DNA of 64,000 nucleotides from a virus: IMG/VR virus record IMGVR_UViG_3300029489_000102; one strand, 5' to 3'. Shown piece by piece: positions 1 to 8,904 of this stretch (position 1 is its first letter; each line of letters starts with the position of its first letter). The notes under the pieces were generated by a model. It saw only the letters and a program-made list of their open reading frames with translations, ran no database searches and was not told where the DNA came from. The position numbers and the translations under genes were made by a program.

Positions 1-42
1 TACAAGGGCGACTACTACTTCAAAGACTAAGGGGGGAGCAAT

Positions 43-381
43 ATGCCGCACGCCATTGAAATGAAGGACGGCAAGATCCTGACACCGTTTGGCATCCGGG
101 ATCTGCTGGAAGCTGTGTCCGATTATGCCGGTGAGGAACTGGCCCGTGAGATCGAGAGCTACATCGACACGAATGTAGCGGATATCGATGACTACGAAAA
201 AGAGTTTGACCGTCTGGAACAGGAGAACGAGAGACTGGCAGATCACTACCGGGGTGTCCTGAACGACATCCGGGAAGAGGTGGATGCTTTGGACACACTC
301 CTGCACGACACTCGGCTGAACCGTACCCGGATGCAGGGAGCGGTCAAGATCATCCGCCAGATGATCCATCGAGAGCTGTAA
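43..381 (+). CDS. hypothetical phage protein (coiled-coil, acidic)
   Basis: ORF with GGGGGAG RBS 6 nt upstream of the ATG. No recognisable domain. Confidence 0.45.
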   Translation: MPHAIEMKDGKILTPFGIRDLLEAVSDYAGEELAREIESYIDTNVADIDDYEKEFDRLEQENERLADHYRGVLNDIREEVDALDTLLHDTRLNRTRMQGAVKIIRQMIHREL

Positions 382-473
382 GAGAGCTGAGAACTACAAA
401 ACACGGCGCCCTTGTCATAAGGACACGGGCGTATAAGCCGGCGCATAAATATGCGCCATAGAAAGGAAAGCAT

Positions 474-1541
474 ATGAAAACAGGCAGAAATTTGCAGGAA
501 GTCCTTGTAGAACTGGATCGCCAGAACAAGGCAAAGCAGGACTTCATCAGCACGGCGCAGGGAATGCGCCTCCGGGAAGATGGGCACACCTTCGAGCTGA
601 ACCATCTGACCACAGACCGGCAAATGACCTTCGGCACCACCTCGCTGTTCCACCGTCAGGTGGCATCGGCGCTGGGCATCCCGGCCAAGTACTACGACCT
701 GATGCAGAGCCAGAAACCGGAACTGCTGGCGGAGAACGTGAACGCTTGGTTTGCGGACAGGACCAGCTCCTACATGGTGCGGTCTATGGACTACGGCTCC
801 GGGCAGGTCGCCCGTGCGCTGTTGTCTGAGCGATACCGCCGTATCGACAACATGGAAATCGCCACATCGGTGCTGCCATTGTTTGCAGGCAATGACCAGT
901 ACGAGGTTATGTCCTGCGAGGTGACGGAAAATCGGCTGTACCTCAAGGTGGTAAACCATCGTCTGGAAATGGAAGTCCGCAAGGGCGACATCGTACAGGC
1001 TGGCGTGATGATCTCCAACTCTGAGGTGGGTCTGGGTGCTGTGTCCATCCAGCCGCTTATCTACAGACTGGTCTGCTTGAACGGCATGACCGTGTGTGAC
1101 ATGGGCGAACGCCGCCATCATGTGGGACGTCAGGCAAAGGCGGTGGAGGACAGTTTCACGCTGTATTCGGACGAAACGATGGAAGCCGAGGACAAGGCGT
1201 TCCTCTTGAAACTCCGAGATACCACAATGGCTGCAATCGATGAGGCACGGTTCGCACAGGTGGTGGGACGTTTGCAGGAGACTATGGCAGTCCCCATCAC
1301 CGGCAAGGTGCAGGATGTGGTGCAACTCACTTCTCAGAGTTACGGCATCAACGCAGATGAGCAGGAGGGTATCCTCAAATACCTCATCGCCGGCGGCGAC
1401 TTGTCCCTGTACGGCTTGTCCAATGCAGTCACTAGAGCGTCACAGGACGTTGCCTCGTATGACCGGGCTACGGCATTGGAGGGCATCGGCTGGCAGGTCG
1501 CCACCATGGAGCCGGCTCAGTGGAAAGAAATCAACCGGTGA
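474..1541 (+). CDS. DUF932/DUF945 family phage-plasmid protein (TIGR03299-like)
   Basis: 355-aa ORF. Composition and length fit DUF932 proteins commonly found next to phage/ICE replication genes; assignment from memory of the family. Confidence 0.5.
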   Translation: MKTGRNLQEVLVELDRQNKAKQDFISTAQGMRLREDGHTFELNHLTTDRQMTFGTTSLFHRQVASALGIPAKYYDLMQSQKPELLAENVNAWFADRTSSYMVRSMDYGSGQVARALLSERYRRIDNMEIATSVLPLFAGNDQYEVMSCEVTENRLYLKVVNHRLEMEVRKGDIVQAGVMISNSEVGLGAVSIQPLIYRLVCLNGMTVCDMGERRHHVGRQAKAVEDSFTLYSDETMEAEDKAFLLKLRDTTMAAIDEARFAQVVGRLQETMAVPITGKVQDVVQLTSQSYGINADEQEGILKYLIAGGDLSLYGLSNAVTRASQDVASYDRATALEGIGWQVATMEPAQWKEINR

Positions 1542-1744
1542 GGTGAGTAGGGTGGAAAAAGAAACACTGGCTGTTCGTTGGGTCGAACACAAGGATGAAA
1601 GTCCGCCCGAAAGGCGGCACAACCGCAGCTATCCAGACCCCACGGCAGATGCCGCCATCGGTCATGTGCTGTTGGAGGAACGCAGAAAGAAAAAGAAGAA
1701 ACGTCCGCGCACTGGCGTGTGGCGGGCAGAGGAGGGGAAGCAGA

Positions 1745-2116
1745 GTGAGGGAGAGTGAGGTCGAGCACCAGTTCGTGGAAGCCGTGAGAGCCGCCGGAGG
1801 GCAGGCTCTTAAATTTACCAGTCAGAGCATGAACGGTGTGCCGGACAGACTGGTCCTGCTGCTGGGCGGTAAGTGTGCCTTTGTGGAGCTGAAAGCCCCC
1901 GGTAAGCAGATGCGGCTGTTGCAGCGCAAGCGCCGGCAGCAGCTTGAAGCACTGGGCTTTCCGGTGTTCTGCGTAGACCGCCCGGAGCAGATCCAGCCTG
2001 CCATTGATGCACTTGTCCATTGGAATCCCGGTGAACCCATTCCACAGGGCATCGGGGCGAGGATTCCTGATATGCCACAGGTAACTCTGCCGGAAAGCGA
2101 GGTGATGCCCAAATGA
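1745..2116 (+). CDS. VRR-NUC domain nuclease
   Basis: C-terminal 120 aa (VEHQFVEAVRAAGG...PDRLVLL...FVELKAPGK) match the VRR-NUC/PD-(D/E)xK pattern. GTG start at 1745 follows a GAGGAGGGG RBS. The ORF upstream of 1745 in this frame is Pro/Arg-rich and looks non-coding. Confidence 0.6.
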   Translation: MRESEVEHQFVEAVRAAGGQALKFTSQSMNGVPDRLVLLLGGKCAFVELKAPGKQMRLLQRKRRQQLEALGFPVFCVDRPEQIQPAIDALVHWNPGEPIPQGIGARIPDMPQVTLPESEVMPK

Positions 2117-2208
2117 AGTTCATTCCGCATGATTATCAGAGATACTGCACGGAGTATATCAAGACCCATCCCATTGCAGCTCTTTTCCTGGATATGGGCT
2201 TGGGCTGA
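2113..2208 (+). pseudogene. N-terminal 31 codons of the SNF2 helicase (PHDYQ Q-motif and start of Walker A) ending at an in-frame TGA (2206-2208)
   Basis: ATG at 2113 overlaps the VRR-NUC stop (ATGA). Translation MKFIPHDYQRYCTEYIKTHPIAALFLDMGLG-stop-GKTVITL is in the same frame as the 2248 ORF, so the stop sits inside the DMGLGKT P-loop. Confidence 0.6.
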
Positions 2209-2247
2209 GGAAAAACCGTCATCACCCTTTCCGCAATCCAAGACCTC

Positions 2248-3495
2248 ATGCTGAACACATTTGAGGTCAACAAGGTTCTCATCATTGCGCCGCTGCGTGT
2301 CGCAAGAGACACATGGCCGGCTGAGATCGAGAAGTGGGATCACCTGAAAAATCTGGACATTTCAATCGTCGTGGGCGATGTGAAGACACGCATCGCCGCC
2401 GTCCATCACCCAGCTATGATCTATGTGGTCAACCGGGAAAACGTCAAGTGGTTGGTGGAGTACTACGAGAAGAACGGAATGCGCTGGGACTTCAGCATGG
2501 TCGTGATCGATGAGTTGTCATCCTTCAAGAACTATCAGTCCCAGCGTTTCAAATTCTTGCGCAAAGTCCGCCCGTATGTGAAACGCTGGGTCGGACTGAC
2601 CGGCACACCGTCCTCCAATGGCCTCATGGATCTTTGGAGTGAAATCGGAATTCTGGATGGAGGAGAGCGTTTGGGCAAGTTCATCGGCCGCTACCGTGAA
2701 GCCTATTTCAAGGCAGCGTCCATGAATCCGTCCAGTGGCGTGGTCTTCCAGTACAAGCCAAAAGAGGGAGCCGAGGAGCTGATCTACCAGCGTATATCGG
2801 ATATCACCATCTCCATGAAGGCTCTGGACTACCTGAATATGCCGGACTGTATCCCTACCCGGTATGAGGTGGAGATGAACGCAGACGAGCGCAAGCTCTA
2901 CGATATGCTCAAGCAAGACCTCCTGATCCCCTTGAAGGACGGGGACATAGATGCTGCCAACGCTGCATCGCTGACTGGAAAATTGTTGCAGATGAGCAAT
3001 GGCGCGGTCTATGACGAGAACGGCAAAGCGCGAATCCTGCATGACCACAAGCTGGAGGCACTGGAAGACCTCATCGAAGCTGCCAATGGACAGTCGGTGC
3101 TGGTGGCCTACTGGTTCAAGCATGACCGGGAGCGCATCATCAACCATCTGACGAAGCTCAAGATCCCGGTGCGTGACATCAAGACCAGCGATGACATCAA
3201 GGATTGGAATGCCGGCAAGATCCCGGTTGCCCTGATCCACCCGGCATCGGCTGGACATGGCCTGAACATCCAGCAGGGCGGACACATCCTGATTTGGTTC
3301 GGTCTGACATGGAGTCTCGAATTCTACCAGCAGACCAATGCCCGCCTCTGGCGGCAGGGCCAGACACAGGTGGTCACCATCCACCACATCATCACAAAGG
3401 ACACAGTGGACGAGGATGTGATGGCAGCCTTGGAACAGAAAGACATGACACAGGAAAAGCTGATTTCTGCCGTCAAAGCACGGCTGGAGGAATGA
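2248..3495 (+). CDS. SNF2-family (DEAD/DEAH-like) phage helicase, main ORF downstream of the in-frame TGA
   Basis: Motif Ia IIAPLRV, motif II DELSSFKN, LTGTP, helicase-C region QQGGHILIWFGLTWSLE, QxxxRxxRxGQ. Confidence 0.8.
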   Translation: MLNTFEVNKVLIIAPLRVARDTWPAEIEKWDHLKNLDISIVVGDVKTRIAAVHHPAMIYVVNRENVKWLVEYYEKNGMRWDFSMVVIDELSSFKNYQSQRFKFLRKVRPYVKRWVGLTGTPSSNGLMDLWSEIGILDGGERLGKFIGRYREAYFKAASMNPSSGVVFQYKPKEGAEELIYQRISDITISMKALDYLNMPDCIPTRYEVEMNADERKLYDMLKQDLLIPLKDGDIDAANAASLTGKLLQMSNGAVYDENGKARILHDHKLEALEDLIEAANGQSVLVAYWFKHDRERIINHLTKLKIPVRDIKTSDDIKDWNAGKIPVALIHPASAGHGLNIQQGGHILIWFGLTWSLEFYQQTNARLWRQGQTQVVTIHHIITKDTVDEDVMAALEQKDMTQEKLISAVKARLEE

Positions 3496-4214
3496 GAATG
3501 GATAAGATTTTGTTTTTGAACGAGAAAGACCGCAATACTGGTCTGAGCCTTGAACACAGCGATTACCGCTATAAAACTGCCAAGCCGGTGGCAGCAACCA
3601 AGCCCAAGCACGATGAAGTTGGCTTCACAATTCCGTATGCGATGTTCCGTCCCATCCGGGAACCCGGCTTGCTCTGTGAGCTGCTGGGGGACAATCCGGT
3701 GCGCCGCACCGCTGACCTCAAAATGAACTTTGACTTTCTGGTCAAAGACCTCTACGAAAATGAAATCAGTCGGCTTATGTATGTCGTCCGACTGGAGGAA
3801 CTACGCTGTCGGCTGATTTTCAGCAGTGAGGACAGAGCGTGGGAACGCTACACCCGTCTGCGAGAAAAGGGCCAGCAGGCGGCCATGCCCAAGGTCACGT
3901 CGGATGAGAGCCGCAAAACGCTCCTCAAAGCCATCACTTGGAAGTACGACTGGATTCAGCAGCACAAGAAACAGTGCTTTCGGTTCGCTGAGGCGGTTTA
4001 TGCACGGCAGATGAAGGATGAAACGAGCCAGTCCCGGTTTATCGAGGCGTTCATCCAGTATGCCGCAAACCTGCCGGAACCCAACCGCCGTCTGCTGGAT
4101 GAGATGTATGAGCTGGCGTGGTACGACATCCAGCTCTATCCTTGCAGCCTTGAGGGCAAGCGGCTCGTGAAGCCGTGGTACGACACAAAGGAGAGTGGCG
4201 ATGGGAAATGTTGA
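3492..4214 (+). CDS. hypothetical protein
   Basis: ATG overlaps the SNF2 stop (ATGA), suggesting coupled translation. No recognised domain. Confidence 0.45.
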   Translation: MRMDKILFLNEKDRNTGLSLEHSDYRYKTAKPVAATKPKHDEVGFTIPYAMFRPIREPGLLCELLGDNPVRRTADLKMNFDFLVKDLYENEISRLMYVVRLEELRCRLIFSSEDRAWERYTRLREKGQQAAMPKVTSDESRKTLLKAITWKYDWIQQHKKQCFRFAEAVYARQMKDETSQSRFIEAFIQYAANLPEPNRRLLDEMYELAWYDIQLYPCSLEGKRLVKPWYDTKESGDGKC

Positions 4215-4530
4215 GTATGCCGAGTGCTACGCAGAACTGGCAAACGCCATCGTTTTGCAGGCATTCAAGGATTATCGGAAGGCACTGTTCAAGCTGGTGC
4301 AGGAGCCGGAGGAATGGAAACACCGGTCCAGCAAAAAGAAACTGGAGCGATTCTTCCACTCGAAGTGGTATCGGACTTTGACTGAACTGGACCCGGAAAT
4401 CCTGATGCAGGAGGCAAAGCGGCAGGCAGATATCAATGTTGAACGCTGGGAGCGAGGCAGGGCAAAGGCACGGGAACGAGCCGAGAGAAAAGCTGCTAAA
4501 AGGAATCTCTCGGCTGCGGCAGTCATGTGA
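4195..4530 (+). CDS. hypothetical protein
   Basis: 111-aa ORF overlapping the previous stop. Basic C-terminus. Confidence 0.4.
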   Translation: MAMGNVEYAECYAELANAIVLQAFKDYRKALFKLVQEPEEWKHRSSKKKLERFFHSKWYRTLTELDPEILMQEAKRQADINVERWERGRAKARERAERKAAKRNLSAAAVM

Positions 4531-4557
4531 TACAGAACATCGGTCAGAAAGGAGGGC

Positions 4558-5169
4558 TTGACCATGAGCGAAGAAACACATCCCGGTGAGGCGCAGACCT
4601 CTGTTGGGACACCGGATTATATGGAAAAAGCCAGAGAACTGGCCGATTCCTATCCACAGCTTCTGGCGAGAAAGCAGGAACTCAAGCGGCAGATCGACGA
4701 ATCCCACGCCTGGTTTTATACCCGGGACGAGGTCATCTACAAGCTGTCGCAGGGAGCGCATGAGCAGGGCGAGCGAGTTAAAACAAGCGGTACGTCCAAC
4801 CCGGTGGAACGCACCGTCCTCAACTGCGACAAGGTACTGGCATCCATGAACCGAGAGATTCAGGAGCGCCGGGAGGAAGAACTGATCACTCCGTACCGCC
4901 GGGTCTGTGAGGAGATTGAGTTGTTTGAAATCGGGCTGCGCAGTCTGCGAGGACGGACACAGCTTGTTGCCCATCAGCTCTTTGTGCAGCGGAAAGCCAT
5001 CCCTACGGTGGAGGATAGCTCCGGCAAGGTGCTGGGGCGGAAGACTGTGGAGGCTGAACGGGAGAGGGCACTAGAGAAAATTGCGGTCGTCTTGGAGTAC
5101 AAAGACCGCATGAGAGGAGGAAAACAGAATGGCAAGACCGAGTATTCTGGGAAATCATCCGCCAACTGA
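4558..5169 (+). CDS. hypothetical protein (possible regulatory protein)
   Basis: ORF with GGAGGG RBS. No confident domain. Confidence 0.4.
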   Translation: MTMSEETHPGEAQTSVGTPDYMEKARELADSYPQLLARKQELKRQIDESHAWFYTRDEVIYKLSQGAHEQGERVKTSGTSNPVERTVLNCDKVLASMNREIQERREEELITPYRRVCEEIELFEIGLRSLRGRTQLVAHQLFVQRKAIPTVEDSSGKVLGRKTVEAERERALEKIAVVLEYKDRMRGGKQNGKTEYSGKSSAN

Positions 5170-5566
5170 GGCGGAGGTGAACCACGCTCTTGAATGTTGC
5201 AAGGCGATTCCCCACATTCGAGAGGAACTGCTGGCTATGGAGCAGGAAATGTCAGACATCAAGGAAAGTCTGGGTAAAGCCGAGAGCCAGAACGAGCAAG
5301 AATTGTATCAATTCATGCTCGAAGAAAAGGAAAAGAAGTGTCAGCAGAAATGGGAGTCACTGGAGAAGCTGATCCGTGCGATATGGGCAATTCCACATGC
5401 CAATGCAAGAGCGGCTGTTGTTGGCTTTTATTTGGACGGTAAAGCACTCAAAGAAATCTGTGATTTGCAAGATCATGTACTTGGAGTAAATCGTGCCCGA
5501 CACTTCAAAAAGTTGGGCTTGGAGCTGCTTGCTTTGGAGCTGCGAAAACTTGAAGAAAAAAGTTGA
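5129..5566 (+). CDS. putative transcriptional regulator (C-terminal HTH, sigma-70 region-4/ArpU-like?)
   Basis: C-terminal ...GVNRARHFKKLGLELLALEL resembles a sigma region-4 helix-turn-helix. Weak. Confidence 0.3.
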   Translation: MARPSILGNHPPTEAEVNHALECCKAIPHIREELLAMEQEMSDIKESLGKAESQNEQELYQFMLEEKEKKCQQKWESLEKLIRAIWAIPHANARAAVVGFYLDGKALKEICDLQDHVLGVNRARHFKKLGLELLALELRKLEEKS

Positions 5567-5628
5567 AATAGACCGCACATTACAGTAGTTTATTGACATT
5601 TTCAAGGGTTTCTTGACAAAATCATTTC

Positions 5629-5657
5629 TTTACGGTACGCCCTCAATTTGGTATAAT
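5629..5657 (+). promoter_or_regulatory. sigma-70-type promoter (-35 TTTACG 5629-5634, 17-bp spacer, TGn-extended -10 TATAAT 5652-5657)
   Basis: Read directly from the sequence. Two additional TTGACA hexamers sit at 5593 and 5613. Confidence 0.55.
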
Positions 5658-5686
5658 TTATACTGGAAAAGCTGGATAGAGAAGCG

Positions 5687-5738
5687 TATTGCCGAGGCGG
5701 TCAGAAATGACTTCGCTTCGGCTTTTTTGTTGCGGCGA
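5687..5738 (+). terminator. intrinsic-terminator-like hairpin in the leader (CCGAGGCG ... CGCTTCGG + TTTTTTG), followed by a second hairpin GCGGCGA/TCGCCGC
   Basis: 8-bp stem with one G-U pair, 13-nt loop and a U-run, about 25-75 nt downstream of the predicted TSS. Candidate attenuator. Confidence 0.4.
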
Positions 5739-5994
5739 TTGCTTCGCCGCCAAAGCTGTGACTTCTCTGTCCGGCTTTTTACTTTTACATCAACCCAAGG
5801 TCTATCGACCGGGAACAAGAGGTGAGTTTTCATTGGGTCGCAAGAATAAGAACGGTCGTTCAAGACCTCATGTGAATAAATACATCAACCAGAAAGGGCG
5901 GCTGCTCCGCAAGCAGCGCACAGCCCGGACTGAAAAGTCTGCCCAGAAGGAAGCGTTGCGGCAGGACATACCGCAGCAGGAAACACCGCAGCAG

Positions 5995-6399
5995 TTGGTG
6001 CAGCGGTTTGAAATCTGGTTTGCCGAGCTGGGCGACCATTACGGCAGTTCCGTGCAGAGCGGCAGTCGCCCGGTGCTGGTCATCAGCAACGATGTGGCAA
6101 ACCGCTTCTCCAGCACCCTGACGGTGATCCCCCTGACCACCGTGCAGAAGAAGCTGGGTCTGCCCACGCACATCCAGATTGCAGAGGCAGACTGTCAGAT
6201 GATCAATGACCATGCGTATCTGCGCAACTCTGTCGCACTGGCAGAGCAGGTCACGACCATCGGAAAGAACGCCCTGCTGAACAAGCTGGGCAGCCTGACC
6301 TCTACCGCCAAGCAGCGGGAAGTGGAGCAGGCAATCGCGGTGTTCTTTAACATGGGCACTGCCGACACTACTACCAAGAAGGAGGCGAGAACGTGGTAG
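5995..6399 (+). CDS. PemK/MazF (EndoA-like) endoribonuclease toxin; start uncertain (TTG 5995 / GTG 5998; ORF open from 5689)
   Basis: FEIWFAELG...GSRPVLVISNDVANRFSSTLTVIPLTTVQKKLGLPTHIQI closely parallels B. subtilis EndoA (RPVLVIQNDIGNRFSPT...KLPTHVEI). No antitoxin ORF upstream. Confidence 0.65.
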   Translation: MVQRFEIWFAELGDHYGSSVQSGSRPVLVISNDVANRFSSTLTVIPLTTVQKKLGLPTHIQIAEADCQMINDHAYLRNSVALAEQVTTIGKNALLNKLGSLTSTAKQREVEQAIAVFFNMGTADTTTKKEARTW

Positions 6400-8801
6400 A
6401 CATCAAGAACATTCCGGCGAAACTGAAGAGTGACTGCCGGTTCTGCGTCTGGAAGTTTGAAAAGCGCAGCGGTCAGAAGACCAAGATGCCGTACAACCCG
6501 GCCAATGGAGACCGGGCCAGAATCAACGACCTGCGCACATTTGCTGATTTCAAAACCACCCTCATGGCTTACGCGATGGGTGGTTATGACGGCATCGGCA
6601 TTGCAGTTGGAAACGGCATCGGCGCATTCGATATCGACCACTGTATCCGAGAGGACGGTACGCTGAATGACACAGCGGCGACCGTCCTTTCTATTTTCCC
6701 CACGGCATACGTTGAGAAGTCTCCGTCCGGCAAGGGACTGCGAGGCTTTTTCTGTGTGCCGGAAGATTTTGTCTATGACAAGACGGTCTATTACATCAAC
6801 AACCGAAGCAAAGGGCTGGAAGTGTACATGCCCGGTGCGACAAACCGCTTCGTCACCGTGACGGGAGATGTTTACCGCACAGGGGAGATTCCCAACGATG
6901 AGACGGCGATGACCACCTTGCTGGATTCGCTGATGAAGCGCAACAAGCAGGTGCAGAACACCCAGCTCCGGCATCATTCGTATCTGGACGATGACGCAGT
7001 CATTGCCCATGCGGAGGAAGCCAACAACGGTGACAAGTTCAAGAAGCTCTACGCCGGTGACTGGGAAGAACTCTATGACAGCCAGTCGGATGCGGACATG
7101 GCACTTCTGTCCATCCTTGCGTTCTGGTGCGGCTGCGATGAAGAACAGATGGACCGTATCTTTCGCACCTCCGGCCTGATGCGTGACAAGTGGGATCGCC
7201 GGCAGGCCGGTACGACTTACGGTGCAATCTCCATTCGGAACACCGTCAACACCTGTGCAGCGGTGTACGTTCCGGTCAACGCACAGGACATCGTGGACGA
7301 GGAGTTCACAAACCTTGACCCGGAGTCTAAATCCCCGGAGTTCCAGCCGGACATCACCAAGCTCACCATGTCACTGGATGAGATGGCTCCGCACACGAAT
7401 CCCAGATACGGCAGGGATGAGATCGGCATGGGCAATATGTTTGCTGATTTCTTCAAGCCCATCGCCCGGTATAACAGTGAGCGTGGTATCTGGTATGTGT
7501 ATGACGGGAAGGTCTGGCAGCCGGACACCGAAAACCTCAAGGTGGCGGAACTGGCGAAGCTGCTGGCGGACAAGCTGTATGTGTTTGCCCTGACGATCAC
7601 AGAGGAGGATGCCCGAAAGCGATTCATCGACCGAGTGCGGAAGCTCCAGCTCCGAAAGCATCGGGAAACCATGCTGAAGGATGCAAAGTCTGTGTTCCCA
7701 CTGTCCATGAAACACTACGACCGGGATATCTACCTGTTCAACTGCCAGAACGGAACGCTGGATCTGCGGACGATGGAGTTCCGGGAACACCGCCCGGACG
7801 ACTACCTCACAAAGGTGTCCCCGGTCATCTATGACCCGAAAGCAGACTGCCCTCGCTGGCGGACTTTCATCACAGAGATCATGCAAGGGGATAAGGCAAG
7901 AGCCGACTATCTGCAAAAAGCCATCGGATACGCCTTGACCGGCGATACGAGGATGGAATGTCTGTTCATCCTCTATGGTCCTACTTCCCGAAACGGCAAG
8001 GGCACTACCATGGAAAGCATCCTGCGGATCATGGGCGAGTACGGCAAAAACGCCGACCCCACCATGCTGCAGGCAAAGTTCAATGCCCAGAGCGGCGGAC
8101 CGTCTGAGGAGATCGCACGCCTTGCCGGCTCCCGGTTCGTCAACATCTCAGAGCCGGAGAAGAAGATCACGCTGGATGCTGCCCTGACCAAACGCCTGAC
8201 TGGTAACGACACCATTACGGCCCGATATTTGCATGAGAATAGCTTCGAGTTCCGTCCGAGCTTCAAGATCTTCATCAACACGAACCACCGTCCGAACATC
8301 ACGGACCTGACCTTGTTCGAGTCTGGTCGTATCAAGATCATCCCCTTTGACCGCCACTTTGATGAAAAAGAGCAGGATAAGGGTTTGAAGGGCTTCTTTG
8401 CGGAACCGGAAAATATGTCTGGTATCCTGAACTGGATGCTGGAAGGGTATAAGCTGTTTCGCAGTCAGGGTCTGGAGATGCCGGATTCTGTCGTGCAGGC
8501 CACCATGGACTACCAGATGTTCTCGGATAAGATGGGGCAGTTTTTCAGTGAATGCCTCCAACCGAAAGCAGATAGTGAGCTTCGCCGTGCTGCCGTTTAT
8601 ACACGCTACAAGGAGTGGTGTGCCGAAAACGGGTACAGAGCGGATTCTGCCAAGGTGCTGAATGCCGAGATCGACAAAAGGTACACGGTTCAGAAAAAGC
8701 GTCCGGCGGATGGCGTCGGTAGTACGACACAGATTGTTTTGGGCGTGGAATTCTGCCTCTCCGAAACCACAAAAGGCGAATTCAATGTGGTGTCGGAGTG
8801 A
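6393..8801 (+). CDS. bifunctional DNA primase/polymerase + D5/SF3 helicase (phage/plasmid primase, P4 family)
   Basis: N-terminal prim-pol motifs (GIGIAVGNGIGAFDIDHC), PriCT-like region, Walker A LYGPTSRNGKGT, DUF5906/D5_N-like C-terminus. Confidence 0.85.
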   Translation: MVDIKNIPAKLKSDCRFCVWKFEKRSGQKTKMPYNPANGDRARINDLRTFADFKTTLMAYAMGGYDGIGIAVGNGIGAFDIDHCIREDGTLNDTAATVLSIFPTAYVEKSPSGKGLRGFFCVPEDFVYDKTVYYINNRSKGLEVYMPGATNRFVTVTGDVYRTGEIPNDETAMTTLLDSLMKRNKQVQNTQLRHHSYLDDDAVIAHAEEANNGDKFKKLYAGDWEELYDSQSDADMALLSILAFWCGCDEEQMDRIFRTSGLMRDKWDRRQAGTTYGAISIRNTVNTCAAVYVPVNAQDIVDEEFTNLDPESKSPEFQPDITKLTMSLDEMAPHTNPRYGRDEIGMGNMFADFFKPIARYNSERGIWYVYDGKVWQPDTENLKVAELAKLLADKLYVFALTITEEDARKRFIDRVRKLQLRKHRETMLKDAKSVFPLSMKHYDRDIYLFNCQNGTLDLRTMEFREHRPDDYLTKVSPVIYDPKADCPRWRTFITEIMQGDKARADYLQKAIGYALTGDTRMECLFILYGPTSRNGKGTTMESILRIMGEYGKNADPTMLQAKFNAQSGGPSEEIARLAGSRFVNISEPEKKITLDAALTKRLTGNDTITARYLHENSFEFRPSFKIFINTNHRPNITDLTLFESGRIKIIPFDRHFDEKEQDKGLKGFFAEPENMSGILNWMLEGYKLFRSQGLEMPDSVVQATMDYQMFSDKMGQFFSECLQPKADSELRRAAVYTRYKEWCAENGYRADSAKVLNAEIDKRYTVQKKRPADGVGSTTQIVLGVEFCLSETTKGEFNVVSE

Positions 8802-8904
8802 CCTCAGAGTGAACACAAGGGCGGCAAAACTCAGCCGGGAAAGCGGCTCGTCCTGACCATAAAAGTTGGTTTTTGCAGCTCCGCAAGGCCACTTCTGAGC
8901 TTCG

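Noticed and set aside
1240-1758. ORFs 1240-1758, 3204-3491, 6430-6666, 10110-10400, 14023-14430 and similar + strand alternative-frame ORFs
   Set aside because: They overlap confidently assigned genes in other frames and translate to Pro/Arg/Ser-rich low-complexity sequence.
2206-2208. Alternative genetic code (TGA or TAG reassignment, as in some gut phages) explaining the in-frame stops in the helicase and endolysin
   Set aside because: TGA terminates most genes here (VRR-NUC, MetK, TerS, portal, MCP, C5 methylase, fiber 1). TAG terminates the gp10-family gene at 32976, with the next gene's RBS immediately after. Single in-frame stops are better explained by mutation or error, though local read-through is not excluded.
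5660-5990. ToxIN-like type III toxin-antitoxin (repeat RNA antitoxin) upstream of the MazF-like gene
   Set aside because: Only two imperfect direct repeats are present, not an array of ~36-nt units. The toxin has PemK/MazF sequence motifs rather than being a ToxN/AbiQ family member. Kept only as a possibility inside the MazF finding.
5689-5994. N-terminal 100 codons of ORF 5689-6399 as genuine coding sequence
   Set aside because: The ORF 'start' is a TTG inside the predicted 5' leader. The region contains terminator-like hairpins and its composition is unlike the MazF domain. The basic stretch from TTG 5833 could be translated but has no support.
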